Shown piece after piece: positions 28,801 through 38,859 of a DNA stretch of 64,000 nucleotides (positions are counted from its first letter, which is position 1; the number at the start of each line of letters is the position of its first letter). Origin of the DNA: Acanthaster planci (taxonomy: Eukaryota); contig NW_019091362.1 of NCBI RefSeq assembly GCF_001949145.1, positions 238,604-302,603 on the forward strand. Direction: 5' to 3'. The translations under genes and the position numbers were made by a program. The notes beneath the pieces were generated by a model. It made no database searches. It was not told the origin of the DNA and saw nothing but the letters and a program-made list of their open reading frames with translations.

Positions 28801-31800
28801 ACAAAGAACAATTCACCGGCACCAGAAGAACCAAGGAAGCTTTGTTTATTCAACAGACTGCGAACATAAACATTGACTCTGGTGTCCACATACACCCCAT
28901 TTGGCAGTAACACCTGCGTGGACATAGTTTACCTACAGTTATTTCAATTGCCTACCACACGGCTTTTGTTTATTTCCATTCTTGAGTGTTTCGGTATTTA
29001 TGCCTGGCCATCTACTATTCTAGTCAGTCCTGATGAAGATCTCCGGATCGAAACGTTGACTCTATCTTATGTTCTACATGTTGTGTTAAACTAGCTCAAA
29101 AAAATAACGATTGAATTTATGTGATTTCAAGCTATTCATGGTGACAGACAACTAAGGTGGAAAGCTTGCGGTAGCACCAGGCAAGGATACTATCTCTGTG
29201 TGAGTCTATATGGTTCACGGTTCTTTTCAGAACCATACAAACTCACAACGAGATCGTATCCTTGCACGGTGCTACCGCAAGCTTTCCGTCTTAATTTAAT
29301 TTATATCTAAGAAACACAACAATTAACCAGCTATATTCATTTATCATGTTGATGTTGTCACTGACTATTGTGGTTTATGCCCTGCAGTCTTACTGTCCCT
29401 TCCTGAAGGTCTTTGTTTTACATAACCACGCTGTGCTCTGCTCTGGAAGCCTGAATGTGAGTATCCTCAGGGCAGAGCTGATAGCTAGGGGGCGGTGGTT
29501 GCTGGCTTTTTGGACTGAGAAAGCCTGAGCGTTCAAGATCGTCTTGACGGCTTCCAAGTGATCTGTACTCGCGCGTACGATCAGCATGATTCGTGACTTT
29601 GATGACGCTGGCTTGTGCCTTTGTCAAGCAAAGTGCACAGCCGCATGTGACTAGTATAAGTGCCAGTGGAAGTCCCACAAAAATGCACATATATATCGGC
29701 ACTCGTGCACTGCAGAAGCCCTCAAGGTGTGTGGGATTCATGTTGGTGTTAACTGGTACTTGGAGTATAACGTCAGCGGCGGTGATGGGAACAGTTAAGA
29801 TACAAGAGTTACTGGCATTATCGCATGAAGCGTCCTTGGTGTCGAGCTCGTAAACAGAATTTATAATGTCAAAGTTTACCTGAACCGATTCGCCACCAGT
29901 GTCATGCCCAGAGGTACGATAAACGACACTTATAATTGGCTGCATTTTCTCACTGTTCCCTGTTTGCTTGGCAAAAATGTGACACTCGGTCTGTATTTCT
30001 CCGCACTTCTTGAAACTGCATGTTTTACTGTCACAAGCTCCACTGTTCGGACCGTTTTTAATGAATTTTCTGGCACCATCCTCATTCTCACATACTGCAA
30101 CAGCGACGTCGGTCTGGTTGCTACACGCTGTCACTGATATGTTTCCTGATTGGGGTAAGTGGTAGATAAAGTACCTATTGAGGGCATATGTCCCTAAGAG
30201 CCCGCGGTCATGTATGTTTCGTCGGACCAGACCTTTTGCCATGCTTGCCTTGGCCGACAACGCGATGACGCTGAAGATTCCCACGGGTTCGGATCCACCG
30301 CTTGCCTGGCTAGTCAGCACCTCTGGCTTGGTTGCTTGAACATTGTACCCGGCACAGAACACTCCACTGAATACGCTGCTTTTCTGGATGGACACCGACC
30401 AAACATCACCGGCTCCGAGTGTGACCGAGGTTTTCTTGTTGTACACTTCAAAGCGAGTCACTAATCCTGCAGTCGTAAAGGCCACTACGATAACGACTAA
30501 CAGCACGACAGCAGTGATCCTAGCAACGGGTCTATCCAAGGCTCCATCTTTACGATCCCGCTCATAGTCACGGTCATCCAAAAGCGACCGACTTAACGAG
30601 GCAGACATGATTTCTGTAAACCCTACCTAAGGTCTACGATGCTTCAAATCTCTTGACATCAAGCCTGCCGCCCTTACACCCCAGATAATTTTATCTCTTC
30701 ATCATAATTTCACGTGACCCAAAGCAATCACGTGTTTATATTGCCAGACTTTTATAGCATGACGTGTGGTCACAGGTGCTCCAAATCAGCACGCACATCA
30801 CCACTTGTATTTTGATCCCGGGACCTAGGTCGAGCACTTGGGGGAAACGAAAATTAACGTGGTGTGCCTGCAGGAAAGTATAATATTTTACAGTAAAGCA
30901 AATAACTTGCGGGAATACGGTGACTTTTCACACAACATGAGATTTTATTACTATATGCACCAAAGTAGAATCTACATTATTCATTGGCAGACTTTGCAGT
31001 CTTTTTAATACTCACCGATATTTCGTTTACGCACCATTTATAATTTCTACCTCATCAACAATATTACTGCTTTGAACCAAAGGTTGTAACTGTAAAAACA
31101 CTTTCCTGTGAGATTCTGAAAACAAGAGCGTTTTTACACTGGCGAAAGAATAAGTGGCAAAAGTGGATAAAGTGTTTAACCTGTGATCTTTAGACATCTT
31201 ACATTTCTAGACGGTGTGATGGCAACCTTTTTTATTAGAAGTAAATTTCAAATTCTCAATGTGAGACCTACAATTTACAAAGTAGGTCTTGCAAGTCACC
31301 CTCGCCTTGCGTTGCTTTCAACTGAATTATAACTATATATTAAACATTTTACCTTTCCTATACAATGATATAAAGTTGCGCTTTTGAGTTTGTGGTTCAA
31401 ATTCAGTCACATTAGTAGAAATTGCATCCTCCGCTTCCCAAATTCTGAAAGACTGATCTGAGTCCAATGTTACTGAGGATTTTTCATTGACGGGCATCTC
31501 GATTCCTAACACATTTCCAATCACCTTTTGGTGACGCCAATGCTCCCGATTGTGAGTTAACCGTGACTATAACTTGTATACAATAAATTTTTACGGGAGT
31601 TCATATAAATTTTATGCCATTTCTATAATGAGTGCCTGTATCACGTCAGTAACGCGCCTGAACGAGTGACGTCATCATTTAGGACTTGATAGGGTTTGAC
31701 CTTTACTTTAGATTATTTAAGTAGGCCTAACTGTCGCACATCTTCTTGTAATTGATCAATTTTGAGACATGCTTTGGGAAATAAAATTGTATATAGTCAA

Positions 31801-34800
31801 ACAGTATTCAGTTAGTTGTTGGTCTTTCCTCGTGCGGAGGTGGGTCCCAAGAATGGCCACGACCAGTGGGTGGTTGAATGTTGCTCTCCTCAGTAAGAGG
31901 ATCGTATGTTGGACTCTTAGGGTGATGGGACGTGTCTTGCAGGGTGTGGCGCCAAGTACCAACGTAGTAGCCACAGGTATCCCCCCCCCCCAAAAAAAAA
32001 TCGTGGAACACAGGCGCCTTCTAGGTGAATAGGGTTGACCGCACGGCTTGGAGTGGAACCTCCAGTAATAATTGCTTAGGGAAGAGTCAAGCTAAATGGA
32101 TTTGTGCCGTCCTCAGACGCTACCACGCTGTCCATTTCATAGACGGGGTCCTCGTATTTCAACATCAATCTGGACTTGTTCGTCACCAGTGCCTTCGCCT
32201 AAGGAATAAATGACAATTATACCGCGACGCATTACGTCATTCTGGTTTTCTTTCTCAAAGGGTAATGGACATGATTTGTAGTTGTGTCTTTGACAGCCCT
32301 ACGTATAAATAAAGCACTGAGATTCGCAGGTTCAGTCATCACCATGTTTCTCCAATCTGTTTGCGTCTTCTCCAGTGTCACAAGTTGAGATGATAAGGTC
32401 TGTATCGTTCCTACATGCAGTAACATTAGTTTCACCCGAGTCTGTAACGTGATAGACAAAGTACTCCTTGTTGAAAGCGTACTTCCCCATTCTCCCACTT
32501 TTGCGAAAACTCCTGACCGTGCCGTTGGCCAATTTTGCCTTATTGGACAAAGCGCATTGATGGATTCGACCCCTTCATCCTCGCCAGAATCGATAGAAAT
32601 GGTCACAAGTTTGGGATGAGTGGCTTTGACAGAGTACTCTGCACAGAACACAATGCTGAAGATGTCCCCTTTTTGGATCACTTAAGACCAAACATCTCTA
32701 GCTGAAAGGGTTGCTGACGCTGGTTTGTACTGACGTGACATACAAGTGATGATGCAATGAGAAAAGCAACCGCTGTTAGACTCAGCAGGATAGAATTAAA
32801 TAGCAGCATAGCGTCGTATCTGATTTAGGCTCCTCGTCCATACTGCATCTGCTACGATTATTGACACTATGATCTGCCAATAGCGATTTATATCTAGAAT
32901 CATTCATGGTGCAATTTTCTCTAGTCGAAAACAAACTGTCTCAGACCGAAGAGTGAGAGAAGTAAGTGCTATGGTGCAGTTTAAACTGGAATGGAAACTC
33001 CACAGTAATAAAGATGTCTGCTACAAATGTTCATCACGCACTTTGCGTTACGTGGATGCACACTTCATCTGAAACTTGCAGGCAGTGAGCAAGGATTTTG
33101 ATCTGTGCGTTTATGTTCAAGGGTTTTATTTATTGCTGAAAATGCATATGACTGAAATAAAAGCACAACTTCAGCAACTTTGTATGTTCAAGTGCTGTTC
33201 TAGGTTCAAACAAGTTCGTAAGACTTCGAAAATATGAAGTAGGGTCTATACTCCAATTTAACTGGCAAGGTGGCTCTGTTCATAGTTAAGGGGTAGTTGA
33301 TGGGATAGATTGCAAAGGGGATCCATTATGTGGATTAAACTTGACAAAAACATGTATTGAGCTGCAGCTTTTTTTTTTTGCTTCCACAGGTGATGAATCA
33401 CGAAGCAGTTGAATACGTGGAAGAGAATGGTATCGTCCGTGTGATGTCACTGGGTGGGGTACCAATGACACCATCTACTACCTCATCGACTACTCCATGG
33501 AATTTGGACAGGATTGACCAAGCCAAGTTACCGTTAGATGGCCACTACAACCCGGCAAGTACGTTGTGAGAACTGGGAGTGTCCTAAAATGGATGTTATG
33601 AGTTCAACCTGGTACGCAAGTGATAACGAACAGTTTAAGTTCCAGACAGAGATTATAAGAATCCTCTAGTCGTGATTTTAATCTCAGATTTGTCTTTGAG
33701 ATACTACAATCAAAACGTTTGGCCCTCCAACTTACATTTGTTTGTGATTTTTTCAAAATTTATGAGCTATAATCTTTATTTTAATGAAAAAGATTGGGCA
33801 TTTTCTTGGCCAAAGATGTACAAGCACCGTATGCTATGGCTATTGGCTCACAATGGCTTCATATTCAAATGCAAACTGTTCGACTTTATGCCTTTAAAAC
33901 TTCGATTTGTATGTACAGATGATGGAGATGATGTGATGGTTTACATTTTAGACAGTGGCATCCTACCAACTCACAAAGAGTTCGGTCAGCGAGCTAGTAC
34001 CTGCTTCGATGCACTGAATGGCACCGTAAGGGAGAAAAGTTTCAAATTAAATATTTGTTTGAAAAGTGTTGTTGCTATCGAGACGCCTATACAGTTAACG
34101 AAACGTCGTGTTCGAGTTTGGCCGGTAATTCAGAGAATCTCCAGGAAAGGTTTTGTTAAGAAACAACTATAAATGATAAACCCAATTTTCTTATAATTTA
34201 CGGAAATGTCAACTTAAATTTGATAAGATCTTTCAGTTCATAAGTAAAATTCTCCATAACGAATGGTGAGTGCTTTGTACACGTATTTGGTGTAACCATC
34301 GGAGTCCATCGATATGAGGTTGAAGTTCACAGAAAGGGAAGTATTGGTACTGTACAACTTTGTCTGTTTAAAAAGGCCCCCCTCTATTTTCCCCTTATTT
34401 TCAGGGCATTGACTGCACAGGTCACGGAACTCATGTAGCTGGTATTGTAGCAGGCAACACGTATGGTGTAGCAAGCAAGGCTCGCGTGTGCAGTGTCCGT
34501 GTAATCGGCGCAAATTGCGACACTGAAGGAACCGTTGCTGACGTAGTGGCTGGTATGTCCTTCCCCCTGCTCCGCCCCACCCTATTTGCCATATTCACTA
34601 ATACAGATCCTCCAGTTTATTGACTATGGAAACTCAGCGTACAGAACTTACCTACTGTCTTTAATTGACTTTAACGAGCTGTACACTGCAGTAACAAAGT
34701 CATTTCTTCAACATTATACGTGGGAAACGCAGTCTGTTAATTGTTTCTGAGGCTGATGCAAACTTCAAGTTAGCTTCAAGTTATTCGACCGGTGTTGAAA

Positions 34801-37800
34801 CCAACAATGCGGTGCAAAACTGCTCCAAATTGTATAGGCCTTCTTTGCATTTATTTTGGCCCCGTTTAGGTATCGATTGGGTAGGGCATCATGCTTCTTC
34901 ACCCGCTGTTGTCGCTGTCTCCCTCAACATGAACGGTGATCATATCCTTCTGGGTCAAGCCTTGAATGGTTTGATCGAAGTGACAGGTGCCACTGTGGTC
35001 GTTGCGGCTGGTAACATGGATGACAATGCCTGTGACTGTAGTCCGTCTGGTAACGAACAGGTATGTTATTTACTCGTTATACTACTCTCAGCTGGGTTGT
35101 TGATGGAGCAGACAGATTCACTGATGCTCCATATGCAGCAAGGTATGAGACGGAGAGAACCCCTCCTGCTTCGTGTTGGACATTGTCTCGCAGGAATCTG
35201 GGGAATTCCTTTCAGAAATCTTGGGGGGGATGTGTTAAGTAACAATAGTCTGGAATGTGTATAGGGATTGGGCATGTTGGGGGGTACCCCTCAGTCTCAT
35301 TTCTTGCTGGGTATATGATGCTCATTCGCTCGTCGCCCACGGCGCCCAAACAGGAAGGGTTGATGGGTACAGTCCATTAATTCAAGCCCCATTGAAAACA
35401 GTGTAAAATCAACACTGTTCAGGGCCCAATAACATGCACGCCAACATCCCTGAGATTTCTGAAACACAAATGAAATTCTTGTCTGGTCACTTATCTTTCA
35501 ATTCTTTTGTGGGTTAACCAATTACATTTTTAGTTATTCCCACAAAACAGATTCACCTCCCNNNNNNNNNNNNNNNNNNNNNNNNNNNNNNNNNNNNNNN
35601 NNNNNNNNNNNNNNNNNNNNNNNNNNNNNNNNNNNNNNNNNNNNNNNNNNNNNNNNNNNNNNNNNNNNNNNNNNNNNNNNNNNNNNNNNNNNNNNNNNNN
35701 NNNNNNNNNNGTCTCCTTTTTCAAAAGATACTGTGGGGGCACTTTTAATGCTAATGAACTAGCCAGAAACTCTCACTTGAATAAGTGGTCTGCACCCTGA
35801 TGGCCTTGCACAGATTTCAGAGAAGATAATATGTCACACAGGGTCACAGCTAAGGACGCGGAGAGCATTGTGGGTAAATTTCTGCCATGCGCGCGAGCTC
35901 GCTCAATGAGTTACACATGCGGCGATTATTCGATATTTTTCTTTTTCTTCCTCGTTGCTGAAAACATTCTCACTAAACTTTTTTTATTGACTCAACATTT
36001 ATTTCCGCTTTGCAATGTATATATCAAGTTATACACAAGGTCAATAAATGAAAGATTTATGGCTACAAGAGTGAAAGTTAAATAAGACAATGAAACACTG
36101 AAATAAAAGGGGGCAAATACGGAGGCATATTCAGAAGACAAAGTCTTATACAGAAAGGCCTTATTAAGACAACAAAAAAGAACCAGGCAAGGAAGACTAA
36201 CAACAGATTATGCATATAAAAAGATAATTGCAGTACAATACAGTCAAAACAAAACAAGGACAAAACAAAAACAAAGACGAAACCAATAAACTGAGATGTA
36301 ACAAAAGTGGAATTACCAAAGACTAGAAACGTTAGGAGAACAAAAGGAAGATTAGAATGATAAAAGAGAAGGCGCTACCTCAGATAATCAGAAACGAGGT
36401 GTTTTTGTAGTTGCCCTTGAAGCATCCCACAGATGACTAAAAGAAGAAAAAAAGGAAAGGAAGTAGGTTGTTAATGAATGAACATGCTTATACATGAAAA
36501 TCCCTGTGTGAAGTTTGTTTGTGTCAGATTAAGTTAATGCGTGAAGAGAAGCAAAGAGAGGTGCTGTATGATCCCAAGGCCGTGAAAGGGTGCATATTCT
36601 AATGGCCCGTTTTTAAATAGTAGTAAGTGAATGAAATTTCTTGTTACTTGAACGTGCCCAAGCGATATTGCAATAGTTAAGATACGGCAAAATAAGTGTG
36701 TTATAAAGCGAAAAAAATGTGCGAGCTGGGAGAAAGGAACGAAGTTAGGAAAGGACGCCTGTGTTACGGGAAACAATCTTAGACGGATGAAATGTGGTCA
36801 CTCCGGATAAGCTTATCGTCCACAATGACACACAAGAATTTAGTTGAACGAACATCAGATGGTAAATAGCCAGATTTATTAAAGAAAATGCATTTAGTTT
36901 TAATAAAATTCAGAGAGAGTTGACTACACTTGAACCAGGATGAGACTTTGGTGAGTTCATTGTTCAGAGTAGAAACAAGACAGTCAAAACTAGGGTTAGA
37001 ATAGATAATAGTTGTGTCATCAGGAAACAAAAGGAAAGATAAAAGGGAAGAGGAATAGTGCAAATCATTGACATAAATTTTAAAAAAGTAGTGGTCCAAG
37101 TATGGAGCCCAGGGGAGCTTATACGGCTTTAGAGATGAGTTGCAGTCATTAATCTTAATGTACTAGTAGCGATTATCATGATAATCCTCCAACCACTGAA
37201 GTGCACACCCCTAACGCCACTGAAGTTCAGTCTGGATAAGAGGATAGAGTGATTAATGGTATTCGTTCATCCAAAATTGATCAAGATAACCAATGATTCG
37301 AAATATATCGCGAACAGACCCGTGATCAGTGACACTAAGTGAGAAAATAAACTACCATACTGTGACTATACCAAGGTCATGTTTTATCATGACCCGACAC
37401 TTTGCTCGTGCCAAAGCATTGCCATTGGCGAACCAAAAAATTTGCCAACAGGAAGTGATAACCTCGTGGTCACAGGTCGTACACAATGTAGCCAATCACA
37501 GTGAAAAGCCACCTGCCCTTATCAGCGCCCTGTTTGGGCGCTGAGTGACCGACGAGAGAATGATGTTCAGTGGGTTCATTTTATTTGCACCCACACGATA
37601 CCACGTTGCGCCACCACTGCGGATCCTTGTGCCCGCGTTCATTGTCTGTTTGTGGATAATTGGTTGTGCGAAGCTCATTTCCTGCCGTCTCACCGTCGAA
37701 AGACATCCCAGATGGACTTTTGTTTTGTTTCGTTTTTTGGGGTGGGGGTTGATTGAAAGAAGAAAGCAGCTTCGACTTTGAATCTAGTGGTTCGTTTGCC

Positions 37801-38638
37801 GAGTTGCTCCATAAAGGGATGGAATTGGAAGTTTGGGAACTTTTCTAAGACAGCCCGATTTTGTTCCCGACCAGGTCATCACTGTTGGAGCAACCAATTC
37901 TGAAGATGCGCGTTGGCCATTGTCCAATTGGGGGCCTTGTGTAGATATCTTCGCTCCTGGTGATGAGATCAGAAGTGCTACTTATACAGGACCTGAAGAC
38001 ACCGTGCTTGTAAGCGGAACATCACAGGCATGCCCGCACGTCGCAGGTAACAATGTCGAGCAACTTGAAGTTCAATTACAGCAAAGGCTACCTGGTCCTA
38101 CATTACAGCTTACATGCCAATCAAAGCACCCACAAAAATGACTCTCACTGGCTTTTGAAGTCATAATTAGCCCTAGTCTGCCGTAGGCTTCTTCCAAATG
38201 TCTTGGTTGGAAGCAGTCCGCAGTAACACACATGTCTATGAGAACTGGTCAGGCAGTGTCTTCCCTATGTTATAGTTGTAGTTAGTTATCTTCAACTGTA
38301 GCTTTACTCTACCTCTCAAATTCACCAAACCATTTTTGTGTCCTCTTACTTCGAATCCAGGTGCTGCAGCGATCTTATTGGCAGAGGACCCGTCCCTTAC
38401 TCATGCCAGTGTCAAGGCTAAGATTCTGGCCGCTGGTACCCCCGACGTATTACAGTTCAATTCAAGTAATTCCACGGAAATCCTCGAAGCCACGACAAAT
38501 CTGATACTCCGTGTTCCTAGAGAGTGGCCGCCACCAGAAGCCGTACAGATCCCAGTACAAAATACTGATATTCAAAGAGAAAAAGTGATGCCTGAGATTG
38601 TTGCACAATCTGTTGATTCCAAAGGGCCTTATCAGTAG
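13632..38638 (+). CDS. Secreted subtilisin-like S8 protease of the proteinase K/PCSK9 subfamily, 443 aa. Exons: 13632-13754, 14363-14506, 33390-33558, 33919-34025, 34405-34552, 34870-35060, 37875-38046, 38361-38638
   Basis: Signal peptide; I9 propeptide (VPDSYIIKVK, YKRSFRGLSAHL, VEYVEENGIV); PWNLDRIDQ; catalytic Asp YILDSG, His GHGTHVAG, oxyanion AAGN, Ser SGTSQACPHVAG. All introns GT-AG with consistent phases (1332 nt total). AATAAA directly after the stop. Caveat: assembly gaps lie in introns 2 and 6. Confidence 0.88.
13784..13843. repeat. (TCTG)15 microsatellite in protease intron 1
   Basis: Directly visible. Confidence 0.95.
15193..15663. mobile_element. ~470-bp non-autonomous TIR element with CAAGG termini (P-like)
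   Basis: CAAGGTCGAGTTCGGGCGGCCTGT versus ACATGCCGCCCGAACTCGGCCTTG; subterminal CGCTCGAACG inverted pair; no clear TSD. Confidence 0.7.
16611..17517 (-). mobile_element. CR1/L2-group LINE 3' end (ORF2 C-terminus plus 3' UTR), continues into the gap
   Basis: Minus-strand EYPLRCTRLGLPYL...SRTKALFHSLLVRFPREWATLP resembles the LINE ORF2 terminal WNxLP region; ends in AATAAA(TGAAA)n. Confidence 0.6.
17518..18129. other. Assembly gap (N run)
   Basis: N run. Confidence 1.
18820..20680 (-). repeat. Second copy of the 21.8-kb palindromic repeat, split at its centre by a ~1.5 kb insertion that spans a gap
   Basis: 18920-18995 matches the reverse complement of 21950-22030; 20552-20655 matches the reverse complement of 21845-21950. 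Confidence 0.7.
19153..19925. other. Assembly gap (N run)
   Basis: N run. Confidence 1.
21478..21515. mobile_element. 38-bp palindromic micro-insert with 7-bp TSD (putative P-superfamily excision footprint)
   Basis: GATTGAC-[CATGGAGCTATTAAACACATGTGTATAATAGCTCCATG]-GATTGAC. Confidence 0.8.
21788..22112. mobile_element. ~325-bp imperfect palindromic MITE-like repeat
   Basis: CTGGACTTGCAA...GCCATTTTACAGAGCCGAATACAAA pairs with TTTGTATTCGGCTCGGTGAAATGGC...TTGCAAGTCCAG; second copy at 18.8-20.7 kb. Confidence 0.7.
22215..22238. mobile_element. 24-bp micro-insert with 7-bp TSD (putative P-superfamily footprint)
   Basis: GGTATAC-[CATGCATGGACTCCTTCCTCCATG]-GGTATAC. Confidence 0.7.
23921..23951. 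mobile_element. 31-bp micro-insert with near-perfect 7-bp TSD (putative P-superfamily footprint)
   Basis: CGTAGAT-[CATGGAGGAGGTCTGTTTTCCTTCCTCCATG]-CTTAGAT. Confidence 0.7.
24326..24482. mobile_element. 157-bp hAT-type MITE
   Basis: TIR CAGTGGCGTAACTA; 8-bp TSD TTCAAGTC/TTCAAGTT. Confidence 0.85.
25454..26494 (+). CDS. Intronless two-TM protein, 346 aa, with a Cys-rich loop; APD1-4 N/middle domain (DUF4792/DUF4793)-like, no RING; nested in protease intron 2 on the same strand
   Basis: Intact ORF; N-terminal TM, then LGSGD...FSRYYC, FHL...VHACS, YDL...CLNTTRCEL...VVLEVP...CRARIGIY and a second TM; paralogous to 29418-30608. Domain name is from recall of the motif pattern. Confidence 0.8.
   Translation: MASFKRFVVFAWLAFIVAVLIASTVLAILMRFGDFNGHSFLLGSGDQKPLQSGLYYAESFSRYYCQDLDVTVGKGSGEGAIFSAYALPSVPYPSGQSYKQMFKQTNAIGPHSISSPFAFHLHRDLGAVAWMKVHACSVTTSLMLYRCPDESTAAAWQKSGNSQGCEVMCQYSRCGAVQENYCYFVASSADHVDEFVFVLAALEGSPLDKRVYIDGDITRYPYDLREHVAACLNTTRCELAVDMTGTTTVVLEVPPEVTANSILLQTECRARIGIYFAFFLGFPLAVILVASVLVFLPCYILQKTLKKQNFELQVKGLGGNPNPTSIPPSQHDGAGLLDNEHLNDNW
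27027..27249. mobile_element. Short EnSpm/CACT-type non-autonomous element
   Basis: CACTCTCTAAAT ... ATTTAGAGAG termini with internal repeated GAGTGAAA(A)TT(T)C motifs. Confidence 0.5.
27531..27554. mobile_element. 24-bp near-palindromic micro-insert with near-perfect 7-bp TSD (putative P-superfamily footprint)
   Basis: TCCTATC-[CATGGAGGAAAATATTCCTCCATG]-TTCTATC. Confidence 0.7.
28715..29070 (+). mobile_element. Penelope-like retroelement 3' remnant (GIY-YIG C-terminus plus pLTR)
   Basis: AIALHVVNSQHTVKWEDARIL (frameshift) RRTKEALFIQQTANINIDSG fits the PLE endonuclease end H..H.I.W...IL...R..KEA..I...N.D.G; a hammerhead motif follows. Confidence 0.8.
29021..29064 (+). ncRNA. Minimal type I hammerhead ribozyme motif (PLE-associated)
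   Basis: Stem I AGUC (29026-29) / GACU (29058-61); core CUGAUGA (29030-36) plus an extra A; stem II GAUC-UCCG-GAUC; GAAA (29050-53); palindromic ACGU stem III; GUU cleavage triplet. Confidence 0.8.
29153..29293. mobile_element. 140-bp hairpin MITE (PIF/Harbinger-like ends)
   Basis: GGAAAGCTTGCGGTAGCACC.GCAAGGATAC...ATGGTTC pairs with GAACCAT...GTATCCTTGC.GGTGCTACCGCAAGCTTTCC; TAA/TTA at the ends. Confidence 0.8.
29418..30608 (-). CDS. Intronless two-TM protein, 396 aa, APD1-4 N/middle domain-like, with a C-terminal PPxY motif; nested antisense in protease intron 2
   Basis: Intact ORF; TM1, VTLGAGD...FSGVFC, YFIYHL...VTACS, FDI...YEL...CDNASNSCIL...VILQVP...CSARVPIY, TM2, then tail with YRSL and PPPPSY. 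Confidence 0.8.
   Translation of the reverse strand: MSASLSRSLLDDRDYERDRKDGALDRPVARITAVVLLVVIVVAFTTAGLVTRFEVYNKKTSVTLGAGDVWSVSIQKSSVFSGVFCAGYNVQATKPEVLTSQASGGSEPVGIFSVIALSAKASMAKGLVRRNIHDRGLLGTYALNRYFIYHLPQSGNISVTACSNQTDVAVAVCENEDGARKFIKNGPNSGACDSKTCSFKKCGEIQTECHIFAKQTGNSEKMQPIISVVYRTSGHDTGGESVQVNFDIINSVYELDTKDASCDNASNSCILTVPITAADVILQVPVNTNMNPTHLEGFCSARVPIYMCIFVGLPLALILVTCGCALCLTKAQASVIKVTNHADRTREYRSLGSRQDDLERSGFLSPKSQQPPPPSYQLCPEDTHIQASRAEHSVVM
31756..32841 (-). pseudogene. Disrupted tandem paralog of the 29418-30608 gene
   Basis: Colinear fragments across frames: SATLSARDVWS*VIQKGDIFSIVFCAEYSVKATHP; LSNKAKLANG...GKYAFNKEYFVYHV...VTACRNDTD; QVQIDVEIRGPVYEMD; NPIHLEGACVPR; several stops and frameshifts. 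Confidence 0.85.
35562..35710. other. Assembly gap (N run)
   Basis: N run. Confidence 1.
36780..37260 (-). mobile_element. Decayed L2/CR1-group LINE reverse transcriptase fragment
   Basis: INHSILLSRL...GSILGPLLF/KIYVNDL...LFPDDTTI...WFKCSQLSLNFIKTKCIFF...TKFLCVIVDDKL. Confidence 0.85.
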
Positions 38639-38859
38639 AATAAAACATGTATGACCACTGTAAAACTGTTAAACAAGCATGAAAAGTTTATGTCATTTAT
38701 TTTAATTAGAATGATCTGAATGATCCCTGTTCACCACGTCCCAGGTTACATCGTTTAACTGGAGCGAGATCCCTGGCTATAAGGTGTTTCAGGTTTAATG
38801 GCTTCTGACTAGCGCCCCCGGAACGAAGATATTGACAAATGGGAAGAGCTGCCAACATA

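Noticed and set aside
31333..31524. EKSSVTLDSD resembling KKTSVTLGAG of the neighbouring paralog
   Set aside because: Similarity does not extend and there is no TM segment
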